From a virus: DNA of 64,000 nt. Position 1 is the first letter of the stretch, and every line of letters starts with the position of its first letter. The notes below the pieces were generated by a model, which was not told the origin of the DNA, did no database searches, and saw only the letters and a program-made list of their open reading frames with translations. The DNA lies in IMG/VR virus record IMGVR_UViG_3300045988_115163, one strand, 5' to 3'. The translations under genes were made by a program, and so were the position numbers. Shown one piece after another: positions 17,346 to 25,987 of this stretch.

Positions 17346-17555
17346 ATGAATGAATTTTTGAACGAAATAGACTTAATAAAGAACGGTCGTTTTTCATTAG
17401 GTTTCATGTTGAGAAATGATTTTTTTCTGGATAGGAAAGAAATAGATACTATCAAAAAAACAGCTAAAAGACATGGTTTGTATGTTTGTGCAAGCTATGT
17501 AAATGGGTGTTGTAGGATATTAGTAGAAAAACCTACAGATAAGAGATATAAATAA
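17346..17555 (+). CDS. hypothetical protein
   Basis: ORF track; packed array. Confidence 0.5.
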   Translation: MNEFLNEIDLIKNGRFSLGFMLRNDFFLDRKEIDTIKKTAKRHGLYVCASYVNGCCRILVEKPTDKRYK

Positions 17556-17580
17556 ACAAATAAAAGAAAGGAAAACAGTT

Positions 17581-18102
17581 ATGAGAAAAATAGACTTTAT
17601 AAACGGTTGTTCTTTTGGTTACGGTACGCCCGAACTGAAAGAGCTTGCAAAAAGCAAACAAAGCGACATCTATATAAACTTTGCTTATACTGATTACGGA
17701 GGTGATTTTTTTGATAGAGTAGCAATAGCCTATTTTAAAGAAAACCATCCGGATAATATTGTATATGAGTCTACTTCATGGAACGGTGAGAACGCTTATA
17801 TCTTTGGTGAGATAGCAAAAGAATTTAAAGAAGCAACTGACAATTATTTGTTAGGATTCGAGGATATAGAGGACTATTACTATGAAAAAGAACAAGAAAT
17901 GTTAGACGAGCTGTATTTATTCTTGTATAATGAATATGTGGAAAGCGAACGTATATGTACTAACCGTGATAACTTTATAGAGTTTTTACGGGAAAACTTT
18001 ATGAATGAATGTTCGTACAACGTTATGCCTACTATGGTGGATTATTCACCATCCGATGTGGAAAACTTACTAATTGAAAACCATCTAATAACATCTTATT
18101 GA
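17581..18102 (+). CDS. hypothetical acidic protein
   Basis: 173 aa, rich in D/E/Y; no motif recognised. Confidence 0.55.
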   Translation: MRKIDFINGCSFGYGTPELKELAKSKQSDIYINFAYTDYGGDFFDRVAIAYFKENHPDNIVYESTSWNGENAYIFGEIAKEFKEATDNYLLGFEDIEDYYYEKEQEMLDELYLFLYNEYVESERICTNRDNFIEFLRENFMNECSYNVMPTMVDYSPSDVENLLIENHLITSY

Positions 18103-18103
18103 T

Positions 18104-18187
18104 ATGAAACTGAATGAATTCCTTTCGGCTGCAAGCGTGATAGTTACGTTATTAGCTTTGTATGTGATTATCTATATTTGTCACTAA
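18104..18187 (+). CDS. small hydrophobic peptide (27 aa)
   Basis: MKLNEFLSAASVIVTLLALYVIIYICH*; ATG 1 nt after the previous stop. Confidence 0.3.
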   Translation: MKLNEFLSAASVIVTLLALYVIIYICH

Positions 18188-18197
18188 ACTATATAGT

Positions 18198-18446
18198 ATG
18201 GAAAGTAAAGAAAAGAAATATGTTATTTGCCGTATCTATAAAAATGGGATTGATAGATATTTCGTTGGCTTATTTAATTGGGGGAAAACCTATAAAGTAG
18301 CGTTTAATCGTTGTTATTTAAAAAGGTTAACCCAGAAAGATGCTTTTTCCCTTGCAAAACAATTCAGGTGTAATTATGTAACGGAATACATATACGAAGA
18401 TGGAAAACTAATTGATAGTAAAACTTTTAAAATTAAAACAATATGA
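18198..18446 (+). CDS. hypothetical protein
   Basis: ORF track; packed array. Confidence 0.5.
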   Translation: MESKEKKYVICRIYKNGIDRYFVGLFNWGKTYKVAFNRCYLKRLTQKDAFSLAKQFRCNYVTEYIYEDGKLIDSKTFKIKTI

Positions 18447-18847
18447 AAACAAGAACAAATCAAGAAATTATAGATAACGCTTATAAGGCAGGCTTTATTA
18501 GCGAAAAAGATATTCTTTTATTAAAGAGACGGTTAAATAACAAATCGTTCGGAGATGTTAGGATACCAAACGAAATTAGAGTCAGTGATGAACAAAAAGA
18601 AAAGGGGTTAAAATGGTTACGTAATTTATATGTTTCACCCACTGGAAAGATACGTAAAAATAACCCTTTTGAAGGGCGGGAAATGGATATACTCGAATGT
18701 TCAAATGATAAATTAGAGGCTTATTTAGTAGGTTTCTTTAATATAGGTAATTTTTATAAATTATATGTACCTTTGTATAAATATACAGACGGTGAAAAAT
18801 CATTTTCTTATTACGTGAATGGCAAAGAAATAAGTATCTTTAATTAA
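18443..18847 (+). CDS. hypothetical protein
   Basis: ORF track; ATGA overlap. Confidence 0.55.
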   Translation: MKTRTNQEIIDNAYKAGFISEKDILLLKRRLNNKSFGDVRIPNEIRVSDEQKEKGLKWLRNLYVSPTGKIRKNNPFEGREMDILECSNDKLEAYLVGFFNIGNFYKLYVPLYKYTDGEKSFSYYVNGKEISIFN

Positions 18848-18860
18848 AAACATTACAGCT

Positions 18861-19124
18861 ATGATAACATTTGTAAGAGTAAACAACGACATCAATGGGA
18901 ATCCCCGCTATGTATGTCACTTTTCAGACCTTTTGAATAAGAATGAATATGCTACTGCATTAAACAAAGTTTCAATAGATGAGACGTATAATTTAGCTCT
19001 GAAAAAAGCTAAAAAGATAGGCGGCAAGAAATATCATTGCAATGATTTCGGTGGCGGTATCGTGTTTCAATCATATAACCTAATAGATTTAAATAACAAA
19101 ATTGAAAACCTAAAAAACGAGTAA
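18861..19124 (+). CDS. hypothetical protein
   Basis: ORF track; packed array. Confidence 0.5.
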   Translation: MITFVRVNNDINGNPRYVCHFSDLLNKNEYATALNKVSIDETYNLALKKAKKIGGKKYHCNDFGGGIVFQSYNLIDLNNKIENLKNE

Positions 19125-19228
19125 TAACATGAAACGTACAAAGATAGTAAAACGAACGGAACAAATTTGCCGCGTATATGGCAATAGAGTTTATTTTTTC
19201 AGTAAGTAACAATTAAATATATATAGAT

Positions 19229-19798
19229 ATGAAAACAATAAAAGAACAAATAAAGAGTTTATTTAACGGTGTTGTGAGTATTGAAAAATATAACGATTGT
19301 TATATAGTATCAACTAAAAATGTATTTGTCACAAACAGTACATTAAACCGGATAAAAGAAGAATTAAAGTGCAAAGACATCCGAATAGGAATTAATAACG
19401 AACAAAAGCTATTAACCTATGAGTTGTTTATTGGAAAGATAACCGACCGTATTAAAACGTTTTCCGATGCTTGGGAGTATTGCGGAAAGCCCGAAATTTC
19501 ATTAATTCAAGGGAATGAAAAACAAATTGAATATTTTATTGCTGTTTATCAAATGTCTATCATTTGTAAAGCGTTGAACGAAGGTTGGGAACCCGATTGG
19601 GATAATGAAGACGAACCAAAGTACTATCCTTACTTTAAAATGTACCCTTCTGGCTTCGCTTTCTATGCTTCGCATTACGACTATACGTTTGCGAATGCGG
19701 GTTGCGGGTCTAATTTTAGACTAAAAACATCTGAACTTGCTGAATATTGCGGAAAGCAATTCATTGATACATGGAAGGTTATACAAGAAGGATTTTAA
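19229..19798 (+). CDS. hypothetical protein, paralog of 24617..25087
   Basis: Shared C-terminal domain NEGWEPDWDN.DEPKYYPYFKMYPSGFAF...; includes a 90 nt near-identical patch. Confidence 0.6.
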   Translation: MKTIKEQIKSLFNGVVSIEKYNDCYIVSTKNVFVTNSTLNRIKEELKCKDIRIGINNEQKLLTYELFIGKITDRIKTFSDAWEYCGKPEISLIQGNEKQIEYFIAVYQMSIICKALNEGWEPDWDNEDEPKYYPYFKMYPSGFAFYASHYDYTFANAGCGSNFRLKTSELAEYCGKQFIDTWKVIQEGF

Positions 19799-19846
19799 AA
19801 AATACATTTATAATAAATTAATAACTAACTAAAAAACAATACGAAT

Positions 19847-20392
19847 ATGAAAACGAATAAGTCCATGAAAGAGTTAAAGAAAATGTTTCCGTTTATGACT
19901 GAAAACGAAATCAAGTATAAAAACGAAAACAATACATACAAGACGGAACGAGGTATCTTGAACTTTTTGGCAAAGATAAATACAGAGTATGAAGTTCGGG
20001 CAACTATGCCAAAGGTGAAAAGGTTAGAAATCGAAATAGTTTGGGTAAAAAATAGAACTTGGGGTGTTATTCCGCACGCTTCAATGAGATGGGAAGACAC
20101 AAACGGATGGCATTACAAAGAAAATGCGGCTATAGCTTCCGGATGGGGATATGATAAAAGTAGTTCTGTAGTTGCTGAATGTTTTAATAAAGTATGTTCC
20201 GGCATGTTGTGGAACAAAAGACGTTCACGTAAAAAGGTTCCGTATGGGATTTATTTTCGTGGTTATTTCCCGTATTTTGAAGGTGGTGTAGGAATGAGCT
20301 GTTATTCTTCAATCGCTGCTTTTTTAGGTGGAAAGATGGAACATGTAGCAGATACTAAAACATACGATAAATACGTATTCACATTCAAATAA
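19847..20392 (+). CDS. hypothetical protein
   Basis: 181 aa ORF; packed array. Confidence 0.55.
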   Translation: MKTNKSMKELKKMFPFMTENEIKYKNENNTYKTERGILNFLAKINTEYEVRATMPKVKRLEIEIVWVKNRTWGVIPHASMRWEDTNGWHYKENAAIASGWGYDKSSSVVAECFNKVCSGMLWNKRRSRKKVPYGIYFRGYFPYFEGGVGMSCYSSIAAFLGGKMEHVADTKTYDKYVFTFK

Positions 20393-20399
20393 AGAAGTT

Positions 20400-20609
20400 A
20401 TGGAAACTAAAGTGATATTCAGAAAATGGAAAGATAGCGGGGAAATTATTGCTATTTTCCCCGAAAGTATTGATAAAAGAACTTTAAAGGTAAGTTCATA
20501 CGAACACATAGGGCAACATCTGGATATTGATTATAATAGTATTATCTTATCAACTATTCCAGCGAAAAAGAGGAATACAAATATTTATTATCCGAAATTA
20601 AACATATAG
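20400..20609 (+). CDS. hypothetical protein, C-terminus apparently frameshifted at an A5 run
   Basis: With A6 instead of A5 (20565-20569) the frame reads ...PAKKEEYKYLLSEIKHIGYENIRILKRFNRNK* and ends at 20656, closing the gap to 20662. Confidence 0.5.
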   Translation: METKVIFRKWKDSGEIIAIFPESIDKRTLKVSSYEHIGQHLDIDYNSIILSTIPAKKRNTNIYYPKLNI

Positions 20610-20661
20610 GATATGAAAATATAAGGATATTAAAAAGGTTTAACCGAAATAAATAGCAATC

Positions 20662-20880
20662 ATGGGACAGTATAGAAACTATGCGTATCGTAATTACGAA
20701 ATAAGCAAAGAACAATATAATTATCTGCTACCTGTTTATGGTAGGTGTGCTTATGAAAACGTAATGTTGAAAGAAAGTATCTATAATAATCCGATTATCA
20801 TAGAACGTTCTGATAAATACATGTTTTGCGGGACACCGGAAGACTACAAAGACATGTTAGAAAGATGTAAGTATTTATAA
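20662..20880 (+). CDS. hypothetical protein
   Basis: ORF track; packed array. Confidence 0.5.
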   Translation: MGQYRNYAYRNYEISKEQYNYLLPVYGRCAYENVMLKESIYNNPIIIERSDKYMFCGTPEDYKDMLERCKYL

Positions 20881-20898
20881 ACTATAATATAATAAGAT

Positions 20899-21633
20899 AT
20901 GAACAATTTTGTATCATGGAGAAGAGTTTCCACACAAAAACAAGGGCGTTCCGGTTTAGGTTTGGAAGCTCAAAAAGAAATTATTGATTACTTTGTTGAA
21001 AAAGACAAAGGAAAACTTTTAGCTGACTATGTGGAAGTATATACAGGGACGGAACTGTCAAAATGTACCGAATTAAAGAAAGCGATACAATTTGCAAAAG
21101 AACATGATGCGAAATTAATCATAGCAAAAACAGACCGTTTCCGTAATACTTTGGAAGCCCTACAAATTTATGAAGAAATTGGAGACGGGAAAATTATCTT
21201 TTGTGACTTGCCATCAACAGATAAGTTTACGCTAACTTTGTTCTTTGCTTTGGCTGAGAGAGAGGCTTTAATCACAAGTATAAGAACTAAAGCCGCTTTA
21301 GCTGCAAAGAAAGCACGCCGAGAACAAACCGGAGGCACAAATGAACTCTGGGGAAAGAATACCGGAGCGAATAGAACGGATACGATTTCCACCATACAGC
21401 AATCATCATCAACGAAAAGAAAAGAAAACGCCCGCAATAATGTACATAACGCCCAATTTTGGACGTTTATACAAAAGTGGATAAGTTGTAAAGGTGAACC
21501 TAATAACGCTCAAATTTGGGCGCAAATAGCGTCTGAATTGAATGACTATAATTTTAAAACGGCTACCGGGATGGAATATAATGCCGTCCGTGCAGCCGCT
21601 ATGTATCGTAAACTAAAAAAGATAATGCCATGA
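20899..21633 (+). CDS. small serine recombinase (resolvase/invertase family)
   Basis: VSWRRVSTQKQGRSGLGLEAQ catalytic-Ser region; LIIAKTDRFRNT; ALAEREALITSIRTKAAL; C-terminal HTH-like IASELNDYNFKTATGMEYNAVR. No large-serine-integrase extension. Confidence 0.75.
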   Translation: MNNFVSWRRVSTQKQGRSGLGLEAQKEIIDYFVEKDKGKLLADYVEVYTGTELSKCTELKKAIQFAKEHDAKLIIAKTDRFRNTLEALQIYEEIGDGKIIFCDLPSTDKFTLTLFFALAEREALITSIRTKAALAAKKARREQTGGTNELWGKNTGANRTDTISTIQQSSSTKRKENARNNVHNAQFWTFIQKWISCKGEPNNAQIWAQIASELNDYNFKTATGMEYNAVRAAAMYRKLKKIMP

Positions 21634-21854
21634 ACAATAATAATACAGAAGGGAAACAAGTAAATATTTACTTTAGAAAAGTTTACCCAAATGAACGATA
21701 CCAACTTAAAAAATATTCTGTCATACATGACATGTTCAACAATACAGATAATGATTTATTTGTGATTGAATTTATAGATACAAAGATGATTCATCCAAAG
21801 ACTTTGGAATTGCAAGTTAAAAGAAACGATTTATACAATATAAATATCAAATAA
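21630..21854 (+). CDS. hypothetical protein
   Basis: ORF track; ATGA overlap. Confidence 0.5.
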   Translation: MNNNNTEGKQVNIYFRKVYPNERYQLKKYSVIHDMFNNTDNDLFVIEFIDTKMIHPKTLELQVKRNDLYNINIK

Positions 21855-21855
21855 T

Positions 21856-22077
21856 ATGAAAACAAATTGGACTAAAATAACAACGGGAAAACCGAATGGA
21901 AGAGAAACAGTTCTTATATGTCATAACGGCATATTCTTTGTCGGATACATATACTATTCTATGAAACATTATTGGTGGGGGATGCTTGATTCATTTCCCG
22001 GAAAAGTAATTATTAAAGAAGACATATTAGTAGATGATAGCGATTTGTGGATGAATATTCCAGCTATAAACGAATAA
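21856..22077 (+). CDS. hypothetical protein
   Basis: ORF track; packed array. Confidence 0.5.
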   Translation: MKTNWTKITTGKPNGRETVLICHNGIFFVGYIYYSMKHYWWGMLDSFPGKVIIKEDILVDDSDLWMNIPAINE

Positions 22078-22095
22078 TAAAGAAAGGATAACAAC

Positions 22096-22188
22096 ATGGA
22101 AATATTAGATTTTATGGGTAGTGTATTGATGGGAATTGCAGTGTTTGTTTGGTTGATATGCAACGCTTTTAAACAACTAACTAAATAA
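22096..22188 (+). CDS. small hydrophobic peptide (30 aa)
   Basis: MEILDFMGSVLMGIAVFVWLICNAFKQLTK*; fills a gap. Confidence 0.3.
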   Translation: MEILDFMGSVLMGIAVFVWLICNAFKQLTK

Positions 22189-22195
22189 TCAGAAT

Positions 22196-22387
22196 ATGAA
22201 TAAAATAATCAAGATTTCGAATCTGAAAGAAGGTGACACTTTTATCTATAAAGGCGTCCTGTATGAAGTTTGGAGGAAACAAAAATGGTTTACTTGTTGT
22301 AAGTATTTGAATGATAAATATCGTTATGGCGGCTGGTGTAAGTATCTTTATTGTGACTTTAATAATAATATAAAAGTAGAAATATGA
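22196..22387 (+). CDS. hypothetical protein
   Basis: ORF track; packed array. Confidence 0.5.
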   Translation: MNKIIKISNLKEGDTFIYKGVLYEVWRKQKWFTCCKYLNDKYRYGGWCKYLYCDFNNNIKVEI

Positions 22388-22402
22388 AAATAAATTAACA
22401 TT

Positions 22403-22651
22403 ATGAAAGAAATAGATTTAAACGATACTGTTAGTGTAGAACTCTCTGAATGGGGAGCTACATATCTTAATGCGATGAATACATTTAATCAAATTATTTC
22501 TCCAACAGAATGTCACTCCCTGTATAAGACTAACTATAAATCGGGTGATATTTACAAAGACCAGCTTTGGCAGTTGATATTAGATTTCAAAGATGGAATT
22601 AGAATTGACAAAGAGAAACCATTTAATAAGTTAAATAAAGTGATTGATTAA
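22403..22651 (+). CDS. hypothetical protein
   Basis: ORF track; packed array. Confidence 0.5.
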   Translation: MKEIDLNDTVSVELSEWGATYLNAMNTFNQIISPTECHSLYKTNYKSGDIYKDQLWQLILDFKDGIRIDKEKPFNKLNKVID

Positions 22652-22675
22652 TACTATAAAGGAAGGAACAAAAAT

Positions 22676-22897
22676 ATGGAAAAATTAAAATCAGACATTG
22701 AAATAATTGATTATCTTAATCGTTTAGACTGGATTACAAAAGTAATGGTATATCCCAGTGAAATTATTGGGGAAATAAATAAAGAGACGACAACTATCGA
22801 TAGAAAAGATTTAAACCAATTAAACGCCCTTATTGATAGTGATTATTACATAATGTTTCAAAGTAGGTTAATTTGTATCGAACGATTTAATGTATAA
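22676..22897 (+). CDS. hypothetical protein
   Basis: ORF track; packed array. Confidence 0.5.
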   Translation: MEKLKSDIEIIDYLNRLDWITKVMVYPSEIIGEINKETTTIDRKDLNQLNALIDSDYYIMFQSRLICIERFNV

Positions 22898-22913
22898 CTT
22901 AAAATAAAAGAAC

Positions 22914-23129
22914 ATGTTTATAGTAATTAAAAGTAAAGGAAAGAATATCCGGTTGAAAGCGGATTCTATTCAAGAGTATAGCGTAGACGGTAAATCAGTA
23001 GTAACCGGATGGTATTATTTAACTATTGTGATTCGTGGTAAAGAACGTAAATTCTGCTGGGACACGGAACGAGAGATGAAAAAATACGTTGAATATCTGG
23101 ATAACAAACTAAAAGTTGAAGTAATATGA
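22914..23129 (+). CDS. hypothetical protein
   Basis: ORF track; packed array. Confidence 0.5.
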   Translation: MFIVIKSKGKNIRLKADSIQEYSVDGKSVVTGWYYLTIVIRGKERKFCWDTEREMKKYVEYLDNKLKVEVI

Positions 23130-23374
23130 AAACATTGAAACTTTGTATTCTTGCCGGAATATTGACGATAGCATCAGCTTGCCAACATGGAAATGTAACA
23201 TCTGATTCAGAAGAACAAATTGAATATGATGTATTAGTAATTGACTCATGCGAATACATTTTAGTACAATCTGTGACGTATGGCGAACTTTATGTAACCT
23301 GTGTTACTCACAAAGGTAATTGTAAATACTGTAAAGAAAGGAGGGATAATGAAAAGATGGGAAGACCATTATAA
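23126..23374 (+). CDS. putative lipoprotein
   Basis: MKTLKLCILAGILTIASAC: signal peptide with lipobox-like ASAC. Small Cys-rich mature part. Confidence 0.55.
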   Translation: MKTLKLCILAGILTIASACQHGNVTSDSEEQIEYDVLVIDSCEYILVQSVTYGELYVTCVTHKGNCKYCKERRDNEKMGRPL

Positions 23375-23993
23375 GGCAAGAGTTGATAATCGGTTCTATC
23401 TTAAAAGTTTCATTATCAAATACAAACGGTTTTTAGACGAGATAATTATCAATATCAAATCAATGCCGGAAAAAGGTATCGTTTTCAAAGAAGAAGGTTG
23501 TGGAATAGGAACGGTTAGTCGTGCTTTAAATGTGGAGATATACGATTTATGTAAGGCTTTGGGAATTACCAAAGAATCTTATAACTTTGATATCTCAAAA
23601 GTAATTTGCACCGACATAGATAGAGACATGCTCGCTTTATGTTGTGAAAATACGTATAAGATGGAAGAGGGTTTATTAAGTTCTGTTCCTTTGGCTTATC
23701 TCAAAGAAGATATTCGGGAAACAAAGTTCTTTGAATATCCTACAGTGGTGGTTACGCATGGAGTATTAGAACATTTTGAAGATGAAGACATAACACAAAT
23801 TATGGAAACATATAAAGACCGGAATGTCCGCTTTCATGCGCATTATGTACCTACTGATAAGTATGAAAAACCTTCTTTCGGAGATGAACGGTTAATGCCT
23901 GTATCAAAATGGGTATCTTTAACAAATCCAGATTATTACATTGTGGATAATGCCGGATGTGATTTATATCTATTCTTTAATAACGAACAATAA
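23349..23993 (+). CDS. class I SAM-dependent methyltransferase-like protein
   Basis: Motif I-like FKEEGCGIGTVS and VVTHGVLEHF. SD-like aaaggaggg upstream of ATG 23349. Substrate unknown. Confidence 0.55.
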   Translation: MKRWEDHYKARVDNRFYLKSFIIKYKRFLDEIIINIKSMPEKGIVFKEEGCGIGTVSRALNVEIYDLCKALGITKESYNFDISKVICTDIDRDMLALCCENTYKMEEGLLSSVPLAYLKEDIRETKFFEYPTVVVTHGVLEHFEDEDITQIMETYKDRNVRFHAHYVPTDKYEKPSFGDERLMPVSKWVSLTNPDYYIVDNAGCDLYLFFNNEQ

Positions 23994-23997
23994 TAGT

Positions 23998-24339
23998 ATG
24001 GAAATTGAAAGATTTAAGATAGGGAAATCATTACCATGTCCCTATGGTATGGTTAATATAGCAGGAATAACATATATCGTTGATAGCAAATCCTGTAGAA
24101 GATGTATATGCTGGCGAGGCTCATCTGATAAAGAAGTTTTTTGTGGCTATCAATCAATATCTTCTTTTTTGAATATGACTTCAAAAAAAGAAGATATTAC
24201 AAAACTCTTGGCAGATAAATATGTGTTAGACCAAAATTTCAATGATAAATCATCAAATGAAGACTGGGAAGAGTTTACAGCAAGAAAGATGAAAGATGCG
24301 TTTATGGCTGGATATAAAGAAGGAAAGGAGAGCAAATAG
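23998..24339 (+). CDS. hypothetical Cys-containing protein
   Basis: ORF track 23941..24339; start at the ATG after the MTase stop. Confidence 0.5.
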   Translation: MEIERFKIGKSLPCPYGMVNIAGITYIVDSKSCRRCICWRGSSDKEVFCGYQSISSFLNMTSKKEDITKLLADKYVLDQNFNDKSSNEDWEEFTARKMKDAFMAGYKEGKESK

Positions 24340-24340
24340 T

Positions 24341-24604
24341 ATGTTTATAATTATTCTTATATTTGGTATTATAGCGATAATTGCAGGTACGTTAAATGTT
24401 TTTTGTTCCTGTAAAGGAGATAAACGAGGATTGTTTGGAATAATATTCGTAGCCGCAGGAGTATCTTTTATAATATACTCTTTTAATGAAGAATTTCGAA
24501 AGGATGTAGTTAAAGATTATCTACGAGGGAGAATAACTGTAACTTATCAAGATGTATATCAAGATTCTCTCATCATAAGGAGAGATACAATAATTAATTT
24601 TTAA
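24341..24604 (+). CDS. small membrane protein
   Basis: MFIIILIFGIIAIIAGTLNVF and GLFGIIFVAAGVSFIIY hydrophobic helices. Confidence 0.5.
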   Translation: MFIIILIFGIIAIIAGTLNVFCSCKGDKRGLFGIIFVAAGVSFIIYSFNEEFRKDVVKDYLRGRITVTYQDVYQDSLIIRRDTIINF

Positions 24605-24616
24605 AAAGTAAACATT

Positions 24617-25087
24617 ATGGAATTAAAAATAGAAAAAGAAAACGCTATCAAAGCGTGGAAAGAAGGAAATGCAGAAACAAAGAAAGCATTGGAGAACTTG
24701 TACGGAAAAGAAGTATTTAATATGAAAATCACTGACCAAGTGAAGACATTTGAAGATGCGTATGAATTTGCTGGAAGACCACAAAGACCGAATTTCAATG
24801 TATTTCCTTTTTATGACCGTTCGTTTTATGAAAACATGTGGAAGATGTCTATTATTACAATGGTATTGAACGAAGGTTGGGAACCCGATTGGGACAACTC
24901 AGACGAACCAAAGTACTATCCTTACTTTAAAATGTACCCGTCTGGCTTCGCTTTCATTGGTACGACTTACGACTATGCGGATGCGTATGCGTGTTGCGGG
25001 TCTCGTCTTCGTTTCCGAACGAGCGAATTAGCGAGATATGCGGGCGAACAGTTCGTGGATATCTGGAAAGCTATTCAATTAGGATAA
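24617..25087 (+). CDS. hypothetical protein, paralog of 19229..19798
   Basis: Shared C-terminal domain; 90 nt near-identical patch 24866-24955. Confidence 0.6.
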   Translation: MELKIEKENAIKAWKEGNAETKKALENLYGKEVFNMKITDQVKTFEDAYEFAGRPQRPNFNVFPFYDRSFYENMWKMSIITMVLNEGWEPDWDNSDEPKYYPYFKMYPSGFAFIGTTYDYADAYACCGSRLRFRTSELARYAGEQFVDIWKAIQLG

Positions 25088-25108
25088 AATGAGATAAAGG
25101 TATAGATT

Positions 25109-25435
25109 ATGGAAGAAGAATGGAAAGATATTAAAGGATACGAGGGATTATATCAAATATCAAATTTAGGAAGAGTAAAATCGTTAGAGAGAAAAGCTAA
25201 TCATGTTAGTGGAAAAAGAAATGTAACTGAACGATTTATCAAGCCTAATACATGTACATCTTATAAAAGTGTTTGTTTGAGTAAAAAAGGAATAGGTAAA
25301 CGCTATCCAATACATAGATTAGTAGCTTTTCATTTTATTCCCAATCCTAATAATTATCCTTGCATAAATCACAAAGATTGTGATAAATATAACAATAAAG
25401 ATACCAATTTAGAATGGTGTGATTATTCTACATGA
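25109..25435 (+). CDS. NUMOD4 + HNH homing endonuclease, C-terminally truncated
   Basis: WKDIKGYEGLYQISNLGRVKS (NUMOD4); IHRLVAFHFIPNP...INHKDCDKYNNKDTNLEW. Ends before the conserved ..EN residue present in the 39029..39511 paralog. Confidence 0.65.
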   Translation: MEEEWKDIKGYEGLYQISNLGRVKSLERKANHVSGKRNVTERFIKPNTCTSYKSVCLSKKGIGKRYPIHRLVAFHFIPNPNNYPCINHKDCDKYNNKDTNLEWCDYST

Positions 25436-25791
25436 TTCAAAGAAGTACGGACAAGAGAGAAACAACATTTAGAAGAATCAATGTTCTATCGGAGAAAGTA
25501 ACATCTTTGACAGAAAGTGAACTAACGGTGAATGCTGTACCGGTAAATAACTTCTTGAATACTATTGAAAATCTTCTGGATGAATTAAACGAGCTTAAAA
25601 TTAAGTCGGAAGATATCTTTAACTATGTGGTAGCAACCAAGGATATGTTTAAAAGACCGGACTTTGTACCTAGACAAAAATCAATAGAGGATTCTGTATT
25701 CTATGCTGTTATGTATTTGGCGCAAATTGATAAAATATGGGATGATATGATTGAAGCCTGTAATCTGTTAGAGAAAGATTTGAAATGTTAA
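25432..25791 (+). CDS. hypothetical protein
   Basis: ORF track; last gene before the tandem terminators. Confidence 0.5.
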   Translation: MIQRSTDKRETTFRRINVLSEKVTSLTESELTVNAVPVNNFLNTIENLLDELNELKIKSEDIFNYVVATKDMFKRPDFVPRQKSIEDSVFYAVMYLAQIDKIWDDMIEACNLLEKDLKC

Positions 25792-25907
25792 ATCTGTCTT
25801 TTCTCTTGCATATATCAAAAAGAATATGGATATTTGCCAATGTATTAGAAGTCGGAAGCTAATGCGGACATGTTGAATTGATATTTATAAGTGATAAATA
25901 TATGCCT

Positions 25908-25950
25908 AATCCCGTATTGTTCTTCCGACCTTGACAATACGGGATTTTTT
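25908..25950 (+). terminator. intrinsic terminator 1
   Basis: aatcccgtattg / caatacgggatt 12 bp stem followed by tttt. Confidence 0.7.
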
Positions 25951-25951
25951 A

Positions 25952-25987
25952 ATGCCGTATTGGATATTCTGATACGGCATATTTTTT
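25952..25987 (+). terminator. intrinsic terminator 2
   Basis: atgccgtat / atacggcat 9 bp stem followed by a T6 run. Confidence 0.65.

Noticed and set aside
1086-17810. Additional TATCTTTG / CAAAGATA 8-mers inside coding regions (for example 1086, 4513, 10183 and 17803)
   Set aside because: In an AT-rich genome this 8-mer is expected several times by chance. Only intergenic copies with a correctly spaced -33 TTTG were kept as promoter candidates.
20899-21633. A lysogeny module (integrase plus repressor) around the serine recombinase
   Set aside because: The recombinase is a small resolvase/invertase type. No CI/Cro-like pair, attP-like repeats or excisionase adjoin it. A temperate lifestyle cannot be asserted from this window.
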